Positions 1 to 12,790 of a DNA stretch of 64,000 nucleotides are shown piece after piece. Source of the DNA: the human T2T-CHM13v2.0 reference genome, Homo sapiens; the NCBI RefSeq assembly GCF_009914755.1, contig NC_060936.1. The stretch is one strand, 5' to 3'. The notes below the pieces were generated by a model. That model was not told the origin of the DNA and made no database searches. It saw nothing but the letters and a program-made list of their open reading frames with translations. Made by a program: the position numbers and the translations under genes. Each line of letters starts with the position of its first letter. The stretch's first letter is position 1.

Positions 1-158
1 CATTTTTTCTGGATATGTCTGTAAGAGTATTTCCATGAGAGATTGGCATTAGAATTGGTAGACTGAGTAAAGCAGATGGCCCTCCCCAGTATGGATGGGC
101 ATCATCCAATTCACTTATGGCTTGAACAGAACAAAAAGTGGAGTAAGATTGGGTGTTT

Positions 159-242
<84 letters not shown>

Positions 243-540
243 ACTGTTGAGCTGGGACATGGATCTTCTCCTGCTCTCCATTTTTCTGCTTCTCAAGCCT
301 TTAGACTCAGACTGAAATCTATACCATCAGCCCTTCATCTCTCAGGCCTTTGAACTACACTGCCAGCTCTCCTGAGTCTCCAGCATACAGATGGCAGGTG
401 ACAAATCATAGGACTTCTCAGGCTTAATAATTGCATGAACCAATTCTTGTTTGTGTGTATGCATGCATGTGTGCATATGTGTGTGTGCATGTGCATGTGT
501 ATCTCCTATTGGTTCTGTTTCTTTGGAGAACCCTAATACA
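1..540 (+). mobile_element. MLT2-family ERVL LTR (5' end cut off by window edge), with internal (CT)n expansion
   Basis: GACTGAGTAAAGCAGATGGCCCTCCCCA..GGCATCATCCAA and terminal CTATTGGTTCTGTTTCTTTGGAGAACCCTAATACA match MLT2 consensus. Confidence 0.85.
160..238. repeat. (CT)n microsatellite, interrupted
   Basis: direct reading. Confidence 0.95.
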
Positions 541-1109
541 TTTCACATGTCTCATGCCTGAGATGACTATAAGACATGGCCCTGGTAGGGTAGTAAGAAA
601 TTATACCAGAACTTGGATATTAGATGAGGTTGCATGCAGGTGGTACAAGAGGCTTGGAAAGTCTCTTCTCAGGACTTACCAATACCCAGTGGTCTCCACT
701 CTCAACAGGCAAACAATCATCACTACCATACCATTAAATCACTCACAGTGAAACTGGAGGGACTCTAGAGGCTCTGCTCACCCACAGCCCACAATCTGGA
801 AGCCATCTCCTATTCTTTGTGGAAAATTCTCCCATTTGTACTTAGTTCAGGAAGGCATAACTTGTAGAAGGGGTGTGTCAAAAGGTGAGACATCTTTAAG
901 TACAGGAGCTACGCCTGTCTTTTTGACTGAAGCACATCTAGCTCTGAGCCAGGGCTTGGTGGATATGAAGGGACTGGGCATGCATTCCATGAAGAAGTCA
1001 TGAAAGTTTGTTTTCTGCCTCTATCTCTTTAGCAAGAGCCTTGTCTATTCCCTGAGAGGCTATATCCACTTCCAGGAGGCAAGACAAGAATCTAGGGGTA
1101 CACAGAGCT

Positions 1110-1227
1110 CCTTTCCCTCCCTCCCTCCCTCCCTTCTTCCCTTCCTCCTTTCCTTCCTACCTTCCTTCTTTCCTTCCTCCCTTCTTCCTTTCTTTCTTCT
1201 TTCTTTCTTTTCTTCTTACTTTCTTTC
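1110..1227. repeat. CT-rich low-complexity tract ((CCCT)n/(CCTT)n/(CTTT)n)
   Basis: direct reading. Confidence 0.9.
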
Positions 1228-1647
1228 AAGTTTATGCTTGAGCACCCATGAACATTGTCTGTGAACTGGGCCTGATCTGAGGTTTAAAATATGGGATACT
1301 CTGATTTAAGCAAATAAGAAAAACCCCTAGCAATCCAAATACACAAGGCAGGATCTAGTCTGTATAAAATAATTAAAATATAGACTACTTTTTACCCATA
1401 AAATAAATCCTAGTGGGTTACAATTTTGAGGCAGCTACAATCTCCTCCATGAGAGAAGGTTCTTTCTCTTTCCAAGAGGTAACTCATTGCTGTAAGAACT
1501 CTGGTCACAAACATAACGTCAGCAATGTCTCCAGTTAGGAGGATGTTAGTTAGGTCATAAAGGTAGTAGTGACAGGAGGTACATAACAGAGAAAGATAGT
1601 ACATCTATCTTCAAGCACAGATCAAGGAATTGGTGCCCATATGGCTA

Positions 1648-1998
<351 letters not shown>

Positions 1999-3723
1999 CC
2001 TTATTCTCGTGCTCTGAAATTTCACCATTAGACATTTAGTTCTTTGCTATTCATATTGCTCACTCCCTGCATTAAACATGTAGATATTTCTGAAAGAATT
2101 AACATATTCGATGGCTATGAAAACATAAGTACACAAGAGATAGAAATAGGAGGTAAAGTACAACAAAGGCCCATCCTCAAAAGTTTACCCTAGGGTGTTT
2201 TTTAATTATGTTTCATTTTTTGCAAATGAAACATAATTAAAATAGAGATCTAGTAAAGGCTTCCATCAAATATTTTTAAAAATGAGCATTCACAATGATA
2301 TTTGATTAGCATTTTCATTACCAAGTTTCCTTTATCCTTGTCTATAAATGTCAGCCTATAAGCTGGGCCTGTTTGGTTTTGCTTTCCTTCATAGCTTCAT
2401 ATTTTAAGCCTAGAAAATCTGGCCATTAGAAATTTATTTTTAAATGGATTAAGTGCTCTCCCAGGAGCAATCTTTAAACTTTTCTATCTATATTTTGATA
2501 AAACTTCACATGAAGTCAATAACAAATTAGAACATAAATATTTAAGCAGCTCAAAGATAAAATGAGAGCTTCTCTCTTTCTCTCTTTTTAATGTTGCTGG
2601 TAATGTGCCAAATAGAGAGGAATTAAGGGTCTTGGGGAATATGTCAAAAGCCTTTGCTTGTGCAAACAAGAAAAACGAAGCAAAAGGTCACTAAACTGAG
2701 AGAGAAGTGGGTGTCACCTTGAAGTTGATTTCATTCACTTTAGGAATCTCTAATACTCTCAAACAACTTCTCTCCATCTTCTTTCTAGAAGTCTTTAATG
2801 CAGGAGGAAAAGCACTAATAATTTTTCCATGGGCCTTCTGCCCTTAATGAAGGCATGCTATTAGCACTCTGCTACTTTTTTTTTAATGTACAGGAAATTT
2901 TATTCATTTTCAAAGGACGTAAAGAAGAAAAGGGCACTTCGTTTCTAAAGCAATCAGAGGAAATGAGGAGCAGAGTATCCCCCATTAAAAGAAACAAATA
3001 ATTGGTGAAATAAAAATGAACCGACATGCTAATATATGCAAAGACAATTTCAGAAAGTGATGAACTTAAACAGATAAACCCTAGCATAAGCCACCCATTT
3101 GCTAAGAGTCACTCTGAAAAGACTTTACTAAGATCACTTGTGCATGGAGACGGTCTATCAAGGAATAAATCTTGTCTATTCCATATGCCGAAATAAGACC
3201 TCATGCCAGGGAGGATTTTTCTCAGGCTTTCATGGTAATTTTAGATATTTGATTGTAAATCAGAATGTTTGTTCTACCTAATAAACAAAAATGCTGGATT
3301 AGTCATAGCTAGTATTAAAAGTTGTTTTTGTTTACAGCATGGTTGAGATTTTAATGTTCTCTGAGTACCCAAAGAACAGTCTCAAATGTCATATTTGTCT
3401 GACACACAAATAGTTCCCCCTTTAAGTGAGCTAGAAACTAACAAATTAAGTCTCTACCTGCTTTTGACTAACAGGAGCATCTACACACTGTGCTTTCCTT
3501 AATAAGCAGGTATAAGGGGCAGTCTGGGAGGCAGTGGTTTGCTCTGATTTGCTTCCATTTCATTAAGGATGAAAGAAGGCATTTGGTGTCGTGCCATTGA
3601 AGGTGTACTTCCAGGGGTAACTTAACATTGTTTTCATCTAGCCTAAGTGTAATACCACAAGGGATATTGAAGGGGGAGCCCTGCCAATCCCTTCAATCCA
3701 TGTCCACAGGAAGGCATGACTAG

Positions 3724-3840
3724 AATTCATTTATTCATTCACTCACTCATTCAACAAATGTAATTTAAACACATGCCAGGCACTGGGTTTGAAGGTGCAG
3801 AGGTAACGATGAGCTAGAGAAACACATTCCCTTACCACTT
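3724..3840 (-). mobile_element. L2 3' end fragment
   Basis: ATTCATTCACTCACTCATTCAACAAAT..TGCCAGGCACTGGG. Confidence 0.65.
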
Positions 3841-5184
3841 GCTCCCCACACATATCTGGGCTTACACTATCCCATTGCATGAAACTTGAGCAAAAATGAA
3901 CACGAAGGCAACAGTTTTTCTATCCAACTGACAGTTATTAGCAAAGGAGGGAGCTAGTATCTTCCTCACAGAAATCAGAATGAGGCACTACTGGAAGTTT
4001 CGAAATAAGATTAGAAAGAAAGACCTTACTTGGCTTATTTCAGTGGTAAAGTCAAGACTAGAACTCAGACTTTCTACACCTCCCCACGGGGCCTCCTTCC
4101 CCATCCAAGTTTGCTTCAGAGAAAGAGGTCTAATTTTTTTAATGATGGCTGCGCAGCTTACATCATGATGTAGTTAATGATAAAAGCAAGACTTCAATGC
4201 ACGCATACTTTAAATAACACATGAGACTTATCACTGATGATATCTTTAATTATACCAAGGCAAAACTGGAGACCATCTAAGGGGAAATACAGATTACTTG
4301 TTAAAATTATTAACAGAGTTAATATGCTTACATTTGTTTATGTGTACTGGAATCAGCTCAAATATTTGACTGCAATGATAATAAGTGTAAAGATCAATTA
4401 AAAGTCATAGAGATGAGATATTAGATTTCCAGACCTTAATAGGATTTCATCTGCACTTGCTGTATTATGTTATACAATTATAATTGAGCTTCCGTCAAAT
4501 CACAGAATCTGTCACCTCACCAATTTATTTTCCAAGCACTAATGAAACTTATTTCCTGTTGAAAATGCTTTTAAAAGCATAACCCTAAGGAAGGGAGGTG
4601 CACATGGGCCAACTGGCTTCTATTTACTTAGCAAACTTAAGTAAAAACTTGGACATAAGTAAAATGAATTTGACAGCTTTAGGAGGGTCCTTAGTAGCCA
4701 TTTGTTCTTATTATAAAGAGCATGTAAGTGCTCTCAAAAGGAATTGTAAACAACACATATAACTCACGCTCACTTTGAGCCACACATCAGATTAATTCTC
4801 TGCCTGTTTATTGTTAGGTAGTCTAGCTAGAGGCAGGATTGATATAATATTTTCCTTTGAATTTTTCTTATTTTTTCCCCAAATTGTAATCATGCATTGA
4901 ATTATAAAACAAATTTCTCTGAAAAAAAAAAAAAACATAGTGAGGTAGCTTTCACTTGTTAAAATGTGAATTCTCATTCCACTTTTTTTTTAGAAAAGTA
5001 AAAACAATATCTAGAGACTGTGGGGTAATGCAGGATAAGATGGCAAATTCCAGAATGACAGAAGCAATGATACTCTTCGGAAACACTCTCAAAGCTCCTA
5101 TAATAATAATCTTATGCACTTCATACTGGCTTGGGATAGTATAGCCACGAATGAGAAATGGATGCTTGGCCTGGGGAGTAAGGA

Positions 5185-5400
5185 ACAGAATTCCTTAGAA
5201 TCCTTTATTTATGGACAATCCCAAGGGATCCTAGAGATTCTGTGACTTGGCCCTCAACAGGAAACCCCTACATCACAGATACATGGCTAGATCCGCTTGA
5301 ACATATCCACAAGTAAGGAGCTCACCTTATTAAAACAGTTGCCAGACAACTGTCAGAAGTTATTTGGGCCTTGCTGATGTCTGCCTCCTTGTATAATAAT
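5185..5400. mobile_element. L3/CR1 LINE fragment
   Basis: GCTTGAACATATCCA..GGAGCTCACC resembles the L3 consensus. Confidence 0.45.
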
Positions 5401-5839
5401 TTTAATCCTACTATCTGAAGCCATGCATTCACTTCTGTTCAGTCTAGAAGCACCCCTCTGTGCCCGACAGAAACATTGAATAGGTGGAGCTCAGCTGCTC
5501 TCCTAACTCTTTCTCACCTCGAGGTTGTGGTGGAGAATAATTGGGCTGATAAACAGTCCCAGGCCTCTTCAAACTCCACAATGCAAGGCATGTATTTCAC
5601 AGAATGTCATTACTTACTATATTTTGTCAACATAATGTTTTAATTGTTGTACTCTTAGCTGGTCACTCTTTCAAATGGAGACAATAAAACTAATCAAAAC
5701 ATTTTAACAGCTATACTGCACTAAATATTTGAAAATCTCTCTCATGTTTTCCCTTCCCTCTACCTCTTCAGACTAAATGTGCTCAATTTTCTTAATGCTC
5801 CACCTAAAGAGTGTTTCCTGAGGGATATCAGTCACCCGT

Positions 5840-6615
5840 CCCATCAAATTATCACTGAATCTTGTTGACCATCCCTCCTAAATATCTCTTCATCCCATAG
5901 GCCTACCCTGGTCCAGGCCACAGCCATCTGCCATCTGGTGACTGCAGAAACTTCCTTATGCCTCTCTCTGCCTCCATCCTTGCTGCCTTCCAATTATTAT
6001 TGTAGACTGTCACCAGAGTGGTCTTTCCAAAATATGAACCTCACCATGCCACACCCGTGCTGAAAACCCTTAATAGCTCCCTGTTGCTCTGAGCATGAAG
6101 TTCAAACCCTTTATCACCTCTACCATAAACTCTTTACAATCTCATCTCTCCTTAACTTCTCCCTTCTTGCCTCTCTCCAGTCACCTCTTTGGAAATATTA
6201 AACCTTAGGCATAGACCATGTCTCTCAGTTTCTACAATAAACCACTCTCTATCTTGCCTCTAGGCCTTTGCGCATACTATTTCCTGTGCCTGAAACATTG
6301 TCTCCTAAGGCTTTACCCACAAGCCCATCACCTGGCTAGCACACACTTCCAGTCTCAATTTAGATGGCACGTCCTCAAGGTCATCTTCCTGACCCTTAGG
6401 ACGCCCAGCCCTGCACTCCAAGACACATCCTGCATTTCCCCAGGCCTTGTGCTTATCACACATATTTGTCAATTACGTATTATGCTCCTCTCTTCCTCAC
6501 TAGAACATTAGTTTTCCAAAGGCAAAAGCCATGTCATCTTGTTTACTGTTGAACATTCAGAGCTTAGCATGATGCCTGACATAGAGCACATACTCTGTAA
6601 ATAACTTTGGAGGAA
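5840..6615 (+). mobile_element. L2 LINE 3' portion
   Basis: CCCTGGTCCAGGCCACAGCCATC, CACCAGAGTGGTCTTTCCAAA, and 3' end GCCTGACATAGAG. Confidence 0.75.
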
Positions 6616-6862
6616 AAAAGGAGGGAGGAATACAGGGAGAAAAATGGAGAGAAGGGGAAATGCCATCTGCCGGTCGAAACCTTACCCACAGCTAAGCACA
6701 GTATTCTACCTAGGATCCACTAAGAAAAGTGAGAAAGGGAGGCCAGGCAGTTATCTGGGTCTGAGGGAGCTTTTCCCAGAAGACACAAAGTTCTAAGGAA
6801 GTTTAAGTCATTTATCTTACAAGTATTTATTAGGCATTATGTTATTTTAAAATTTTCATATC

Positions 6863-7127
6863 ATCCCAGCACTTTGCAAGGCCAAGACAGGCAAATCGCT
6901 TGAGGTCAGGAGTTCGATATCAGTCTGGCTAACATGGTGAAACACCATCTCTACTAAAAATACAGCTGGGCTTTGTGGCGGGCACCTGTAATCCTAGCTA
7001 CTCAGGAGGCTGAGGCAGGAGAATTGCTTGAACCTAGGAGGCAGAAGTTGCAGTGAGCCAAGATTGCACCACTGCACTCCAGCCTGGGTGACAGAGTGAG
7101 ACTATCTCAAACAAACAAACAAAAAAA
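6863..7127 (+). mobile_element. AluS SINE, 5'-truncated by ~25 bp
   Basis: ATCCCAGCACTTTG..GAGGTCAGGAGTTCG..A-rich tail. Confidence 0.93.
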
Positions 7128-7149
7128 TCCTATCATAAATACAGTTTAG

Positions 7150-7352
7150 AATGGTGGATTAAAACTAATTATAGAGCTAGAATGCCTACGTTCTAATCAC
7201 ATTTCCAGCACGTAATGTGTGAGGTAAGGCATGTTATTTAACTTTTCTGGGTCTCGTTTTTCTCATCTGTAAAATGGCAGTTATAGTAAGGACACTTCAG
7301 TAGTTGTGATATGTAAAGCCCTTAGAACTGGGCCTGCCTCATAGTAAGCGCT
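7150..7352 (+). mobile_element. MIR SINE
   Basis: core TTTTCTCATCTGTAAAATGG and 3' GTAAAGCCCTTAGAAC..CATAGTAAGCGCT. Confidence 0.8.
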
Positions 7353-7364
7353 TTCCTCCCTTCA

Positions 7365-7562
7365 TGTCCAGACACCAAGGAAAGGCCACATGAGCACACA
7401 GGATGAAGGTGGCCGTGAACAATGTGGGAAGAAGGCCCTTGCCGGACACCTAATCTACCAGCACCTTTATCTTGGACTTCCCAGCCTCCAGAACTGTGAG
7501 ACACAAATGTCTGTTGTTTAACCCACCTACCCTAGGGTATTTTGTTATGGCAGCCCAAGTGA
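7365..7562 (+). mobile_element. MLT1A/B MaLR LTR, 3' half
   Basis: ATCTTGGACTTCCCAGCCTCCAGAACTGTGAGA..TATTTTGTTATGGCAGCCC. Confidence 0.8.
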
Positions 7563-7879
7563 TAGTCATGAGCTGCTCTGCCTCCGTTTCTGGGTCTGTG
7601 AAATGGTACTAGCAGTGGCTGTCTCTCAAGATGATTGTGAGAGTTGAGCCCAGTATGTCATCTGTGTCATGACTTGGAGGGGAAGGTGCATGGAATAGAA
7701 GCTGGAGCCACTTACTGGTGCTAGAGTCCTGGGCAGCTCCAGTTTGAGACTGAGTTTCTTCATTTATAAAATGAGAACAATAACCCCTGCTGATCCTGTC
7801 TCTAAAAATTGTCCCAAGGAAACAATGAGACAGTACTAGTGACTCAAATGACATTTTATATTTGTTTAAAAAAATAATA

Positions 7880-8285
7880 AAAACAGAGGCCACAATTTTG
7901 ATATCCGAAGGCCAACCACTAATGGCCATGTAGCCAAAACTTCAGTCATCGTGATTTCCCAAAAACACTAGTTTAATTAGAAGCAAAACACAAAATGAGA
8001 GCTTTTTATCCTTGTTGGCATAATTCAGTGAAATTAAACCAATCACCTATGGACAAATGAGCTTAAACTGCTCTATTTGCCTTCAAAAGAACGTTAATGT
8101 ATAAGAACGAATCACAAAGAAGTCCAAAATACTTCCTCCTTTATGCTTTATAGGCTGTGCTGTAACTACTGTAAGCCAGGCTTCTTACCACTTTTTGTTC
8201 AAAGTCTCCCAGTTCTTAAACTGTTTGTTTGTATGCATAACAAACTTTTAAAAATTTTAACTTGATTTGATTTCACTTTTGGCAT
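7880..8285 (+). mobile_element. Probable ERV LTR (family not resolved)
   Basis: AACCAATCA CCAAT box, TATA-like element and AACAAACTTT polyA-like region in LTR order. Confidence 0.4.
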
Positions 8286-8539
8286 ATTAAATAAATATAT
8301 AAATATAACATTATAACAATGTCAGAAATTTTATAATATAAATTATATATACATTTAAGAATACAATAGTATTAATGACAAATGTAATTTAGTGAGCACA
8401 GACCATATAAAAAGCACTATATTTGCTATTTTAGGTTTGTGATACTGCTTCTTAAAAGAGAACATCTAGTGTTTATTGAGGTCTCTTGTTGGCTGGGCTC
8501 TGTGGGAGGTGCTCTCTTGCTCTAAAAATAAACCCTGGA

Positions 8540-8727
8540 GAGCTCTCCTGTGTCGTCGTCTTCTTCTTCTTAGAAGGACACTCACTAATCCCACCATGAG
8601 GGTCCCACTGTTGTGATCTAATCTAAACCTAATTACTTCCCAAAAAATTTACCCCCAACACTGTCACCTTAGGGGTCAAGGCTTCAATATATGAGTTTTA
8701 GGAGACACATACATTCAGTTCATAACA
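8540..8727 (-). mobile_element. MLT1A/B LTR, 5' part
   Basis: CTAAACCTAATTACTTCCCAAA..GCTTCAATATATGAGTTTT..ATTCAGTTCATAACA. Confidence 0.75.
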
Positions 8728-8804
8728 ACAGCTTTGCCCAACATTGCCTTGCAGGCCAACTGCAATGCTTGTGCTCTCAACACACTCACTTCACCAGTCG
8801 TCCC

Positions 8805-8950
8805 AAGAGCCAGCTGAGCATCAGACTTCCTTAGGAAGCACAGGGAGCTTCTCAACTCTCGAGACTCCAATTTAGATCTAAAATGTGATCCAGAAATCCA
8901 GTTTTACAAAGCTCCTCAGTAACCGTGAGTCAGTGATTAGGAACCACTGA
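8805..8950. mobile_element. MER5-like hAT-Charlie fragment
   Basis: GCATCAGA..CCAGAAATCCAGTTTTACAAAGCTCC..GGAACCACTG. Confidence 0.5.
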
Positions 8951-10715
8951 ACACCCACTTCAATGTGATGGGCCTGCTTCTGTAGGACCCTAAGCATCCA
9001 AAGGATAGAAGGCAGGGATCAGGGCCACACCAAAGACAAATTCTGCTCTCCTCACCATTTTTCCCAGGGCTGACTCAGCTATTTCCTACACCTTTATTGA
9101 ACTCCAATTCTTTAGAGTTGAATTGTCAGCAAAAATTCAAGTGTTATCTATTGAATTTCAGCAGAGCTCAATTCCCCTGACATGTACTGTTTGTTTAGTT
9201 TATTCATCTCTCTTTTAATCTGTTAGTGAAAACATTGTTTAAAAAGGAACATTGCTGATCACTGAGGGTGCTATTTGCTTTAAAGTTTTCCCTCCAAGCT
9301 ATGGATACGGGTATGCTTTGGCGTTGTTGAAAACATCACAATGTGCACAATTCTTGGGGAGGGGGAGAATACCTGTTACCATATTTCTATGCTGCACTTA
9401 AAATGCTGGAGTGGTAGTGGATACATTGTCACAGAAATTGCTCTCCGGCCTCCAGTGACTTGCATGGAATACGGACAGATGAGGACTACAAGCGTTAGTA
9501 ACACCATGGTTACAACTGTAGTTTAAACCCATGAACCACAAATGCATGACTGACCAGAATTAAAAAGGATCTGAGCATTACATCCTCCTAAGTGGATTCC
9601 TCCATAGAATAATGTTGGAGAAGAGTCTAGCCCCGAGTACTTAACTTTGCAATTCAAAAGAGTTGTGACTTAGCTTCCCTTATATAACATGGGCAGCTTT
9701 TCATTATGTTTATTTGATGCAGTGTTATTGAGGCAATATTTCATATGAATAATTCATTTCTACTCCAACTTTATCTAGCAAAGTCAAAAGCAAAATCCTA
9801 AATTTTGAAATAGATCAAAGAGTTTTTTAAATGAAATGGAAATGCCTTGGGTTGCCCTCTCTCTGAATCTCCCTGTCTTGTCTATGCATTAAGCAAGCAC
9901 TTACTATGGGCGGCTGGATACTGAAGTTATTAAACGTTCACAGCTCTCCCTGAATTTTCTTTGGAGAAGATGAATCTTAATGCCCCAGTTTTGCACTGTT
10001 TCCTCTTGTTCTTATCCAGAAATTGGGTTCTATGAGGGCAAATTACATCTAAGTAATTTGTTTTTTACATATTTTTAACTTTGGTTGTGCGTGCCTGACT
10101 TTCTGAGATCGTCACAGCCCTGATTACCTTCTGTTCCACTGGGCAGTCTGATGAACACAGCAGGCAAGCTGTGGTGAATAAAATAGAGCAATTACATTTG
10201 GATGCTGAAGACTGCCAGCTGCCTGGGGATGCCTCACCACAGCCTCTCCATTGTGGTTATCCTCCTTTCAGATCTTACCAAGTCATGCAAGAAAGTCGCC
10301 CTTCAAAATGATTGACATCCAAAGAACTGCCTTGGCTTTATTCAGACACAGGAGATGCAAACAAGAGTGGAGCAGAGAGAAAAATTAAACATGGGAGAAA
10401 AAAAAGAAAGTATTCAGAATCACTGAATCATACTTAAGCATACTTTTTCATAAAAATAATTTTAGGCCAATGGGAGAAAAATAAAAATAACTAAAAGATC
10501 ATTAAAGCCTTCAAAGAAAGCTCACTTCATACATGACTGTGTTGGAAAGAACCTCAGGGGCAATAATTTGGCCATTTCACTGCTTCTGAGAGGGAGATCA
10601 TCTTTTCTGGCTGGGGTAGGTAGACATTTGGAGAATATAGAGACAAGAGTACCAATGCAGGAGTCAGTAAAATCTAGCTTCAGTTTCTACCTGGGCCACT
10701 TACTAAGTAGGGGAC

Positions 10716-11165
10716 TGCTGTGGTTTAGATATAGTTTCTTTGTCCTATCAAAATTTATATTAAAATTTGATCCCTAGTGTTGGGAGATGGGGCCTAGTGG
10801 GGAGGTGTTTGGGCCATTCGGACAGATCCCTCATGAATGGCTTGGTGCTGTTCTCATGGTAGTGAGAGCTCTGGCTCTGAGGAAACTGGATTAGTTCCAT
10901 CAGGAATAAATTAGTATCCATGAGAGTGGGTGATTATAAAGCCAGGATGCCCCTTGGGTTTTACCTCTTTCCACCATGTGTCCACTTCTGGTTTGACCTT
11001 CTCTGCTGTGTTATGATGCAGCATAAAAGCACTCGCCAAATGCCAGGGCCATGCCCTTGAACTTTCCAGCCTGCCTGCAGAACCATGACCTAAGTAAACC
11101 TCTCTTCTTTATAAATTACCCAGTCTCAGGTATTCTGTTATGGCAACACAAAATAAACTAAGACA
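10716..11165 (+). mobile_element. MSTB-type MaLR solo LTR inserted into a MIR
   Basis: TGCTGTGGTTTAGATAT start, AAATTACCCAGTCTCAGGTATTCTGTTATGGCAACAC..ACTAAGACA end; MIR-like sequence on both flanks. Confidence 0.88.
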
Positions 11166-11364
11166 AGTGGCTGGGGCAACTTGGTATGCATTTCTGGATC
11201 TCTATATTAGGAGAATAATGCTATGCACTTTATAAGATGTTGGAAAAATGTAAATATGTTTAAGTGTCTAGTACATAGTAGGAAATGGTAACTCTTATTC
11301 AGTAGCCTTGATTATTAAGAGTTTACTCTTCAGAATTATGTTAAGATGTTCTAGTATGCTCTAC

Positions 11365-11840
11365 TGTTGCCTAGTCAACACTGCATGTTGAAGATGAATG
11401 AAAATACCCACTCCAAAAACATATTCCTTTAGCTGGTTGATTTGTGAAGTAAACATTCCTTAGTTGTCCAACATATAGGCAGAGCCTGGTTCCATGATGG
11501 TGGCTTGAAATAACTTATACTAATTTCCCACAGTCCCTTTCAGCTAAGCATAAACATAAGTTGTTAGAGACTTCCTGGGAGAAATTTTTCCTGATAAATT
11601 AGAGAGAAATGTGAGGAGAAAACTCTTTTCTACTCTCTCTCCTTTCTGTCATATAAGGATATCCTTCAAGCTGCTGCAGCCATCTTAAATCTTGAGGAAA
11701 AGCCAAAACAGATTCTGACTTTGCTCACTAACATTGCTGAGCCACTGAACTAACCCTGCAGTGACCTAGTGCCAGCTTCTTGTCATGTGAGACAATGAAG
11801 TGCTTTTACTATTTAAACCATTCATTATTTATAACTGAAC
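11365..11840 (+). mobile_element. Old MLT1 (J/K-like) LTR
   Basis: GCTGCTGCAGCCATCTT, TTGCTGAGCCACTGAACTAACC, CTTCTTGTCATGTGAGACAAT. Confidence 0.6.
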
Positions 11841-12322
11841 AAGCACAGCCCTTGTTTCTTTGTCTTCCCAGAACATCGAGAGACTCTTTCCATTTTGTAC
11901 TTGAGTAGCTGAGCAGGCATATTCAGGTATTATTCAACAGAGGTTCATTTTTATGAATAACACTAATTCATTTTCAGAGAAGTTGGGTAGATCATCCAAT
12001 GTCACAACCATGAAGTGGCAGAAAGGGGAACCTAGGCCAGTCTGCCTCCAAGGCCCATCTCTCCAGCACACTACAACTACACAAATAGCTATTAGCCGGT
12101 CTGATAGGAAAGATTTTAAGTTAGTGAATGTGATTTTCTATCTTTCCTTTCAGTTTATATACTGAGCTGTGTAACTGCACATCTCCACACTTTGACCTCC
12201 CTGAGCAACCTCATGTTCTGAACCTTTCTCTTCTTTTTCCTCCTTCCCATCAAAATGTGCCTTTTCTGGATTCCACTTTCTGAGGAAGCCAATACACTTT
12301 ATAAGGTTAAAACTAGATGATT

Positions 12323-12388
12323 AAGGGAATTATTTTAATGGGATCCTAGGTGGAGAAGGGAATTATTTTAATGGGATCCTAGGTAGAG
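12323..12388. repeat. 33-bp tandem duplication (2 copies, 1 mismatch)
   Basis: AAGGGAATTATTTTAATGGGATCCTAGGT(G/A)GAG x2. Confidence 0.95.
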
Positions 12389-12528
12389 AATGCCTTCAAT
12401 GTAAGTTCTCAATACTCTAGTGGGCCAGAAGAGGAGATGGTCCATTCCTATCACAGGGTCAGATACTTCCTCATGCACAAAGGTCTGGTTCTTCCATAAA
12501 AGCTAGCTGAGATTTGGAGCATGACTAG

Positions 12529-12790
12529 AATTCATTTATTACTTAAGCAGGTGCTTATTAAGTGCCTCACTTACTATACCAGCAATATTCTAGATGCTAG
12601 GGATATAGCACTAAATAAAGCACACAAATTTCCTCCTTTCATGAAATTTAAATTCTAGTTGGGGGGAGATAATTAACAAATAAATATCTAGTATTCAAGT
12701 GGTAAAAATGTTATAAAGAAAAATGAAGTCAGGTAAAGAGGATAGATTGGTGGAAGTGGGCTGTCTCATCAAGAGTGATCAGGGTACACT
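12529..12790 (-). mobile_element. L2 3' portion
   Basis: TTCATTTATT..TTATTAAGTGCC..CTAGATGCTAGGGATATAGCA. Confidence 0.7.

Noticed and set aside
12323-12388. CRISPR-like repeat length (33 bp)
   Set aside because: Only two abutting copies, no spacers, and the DNA is eukaryotic
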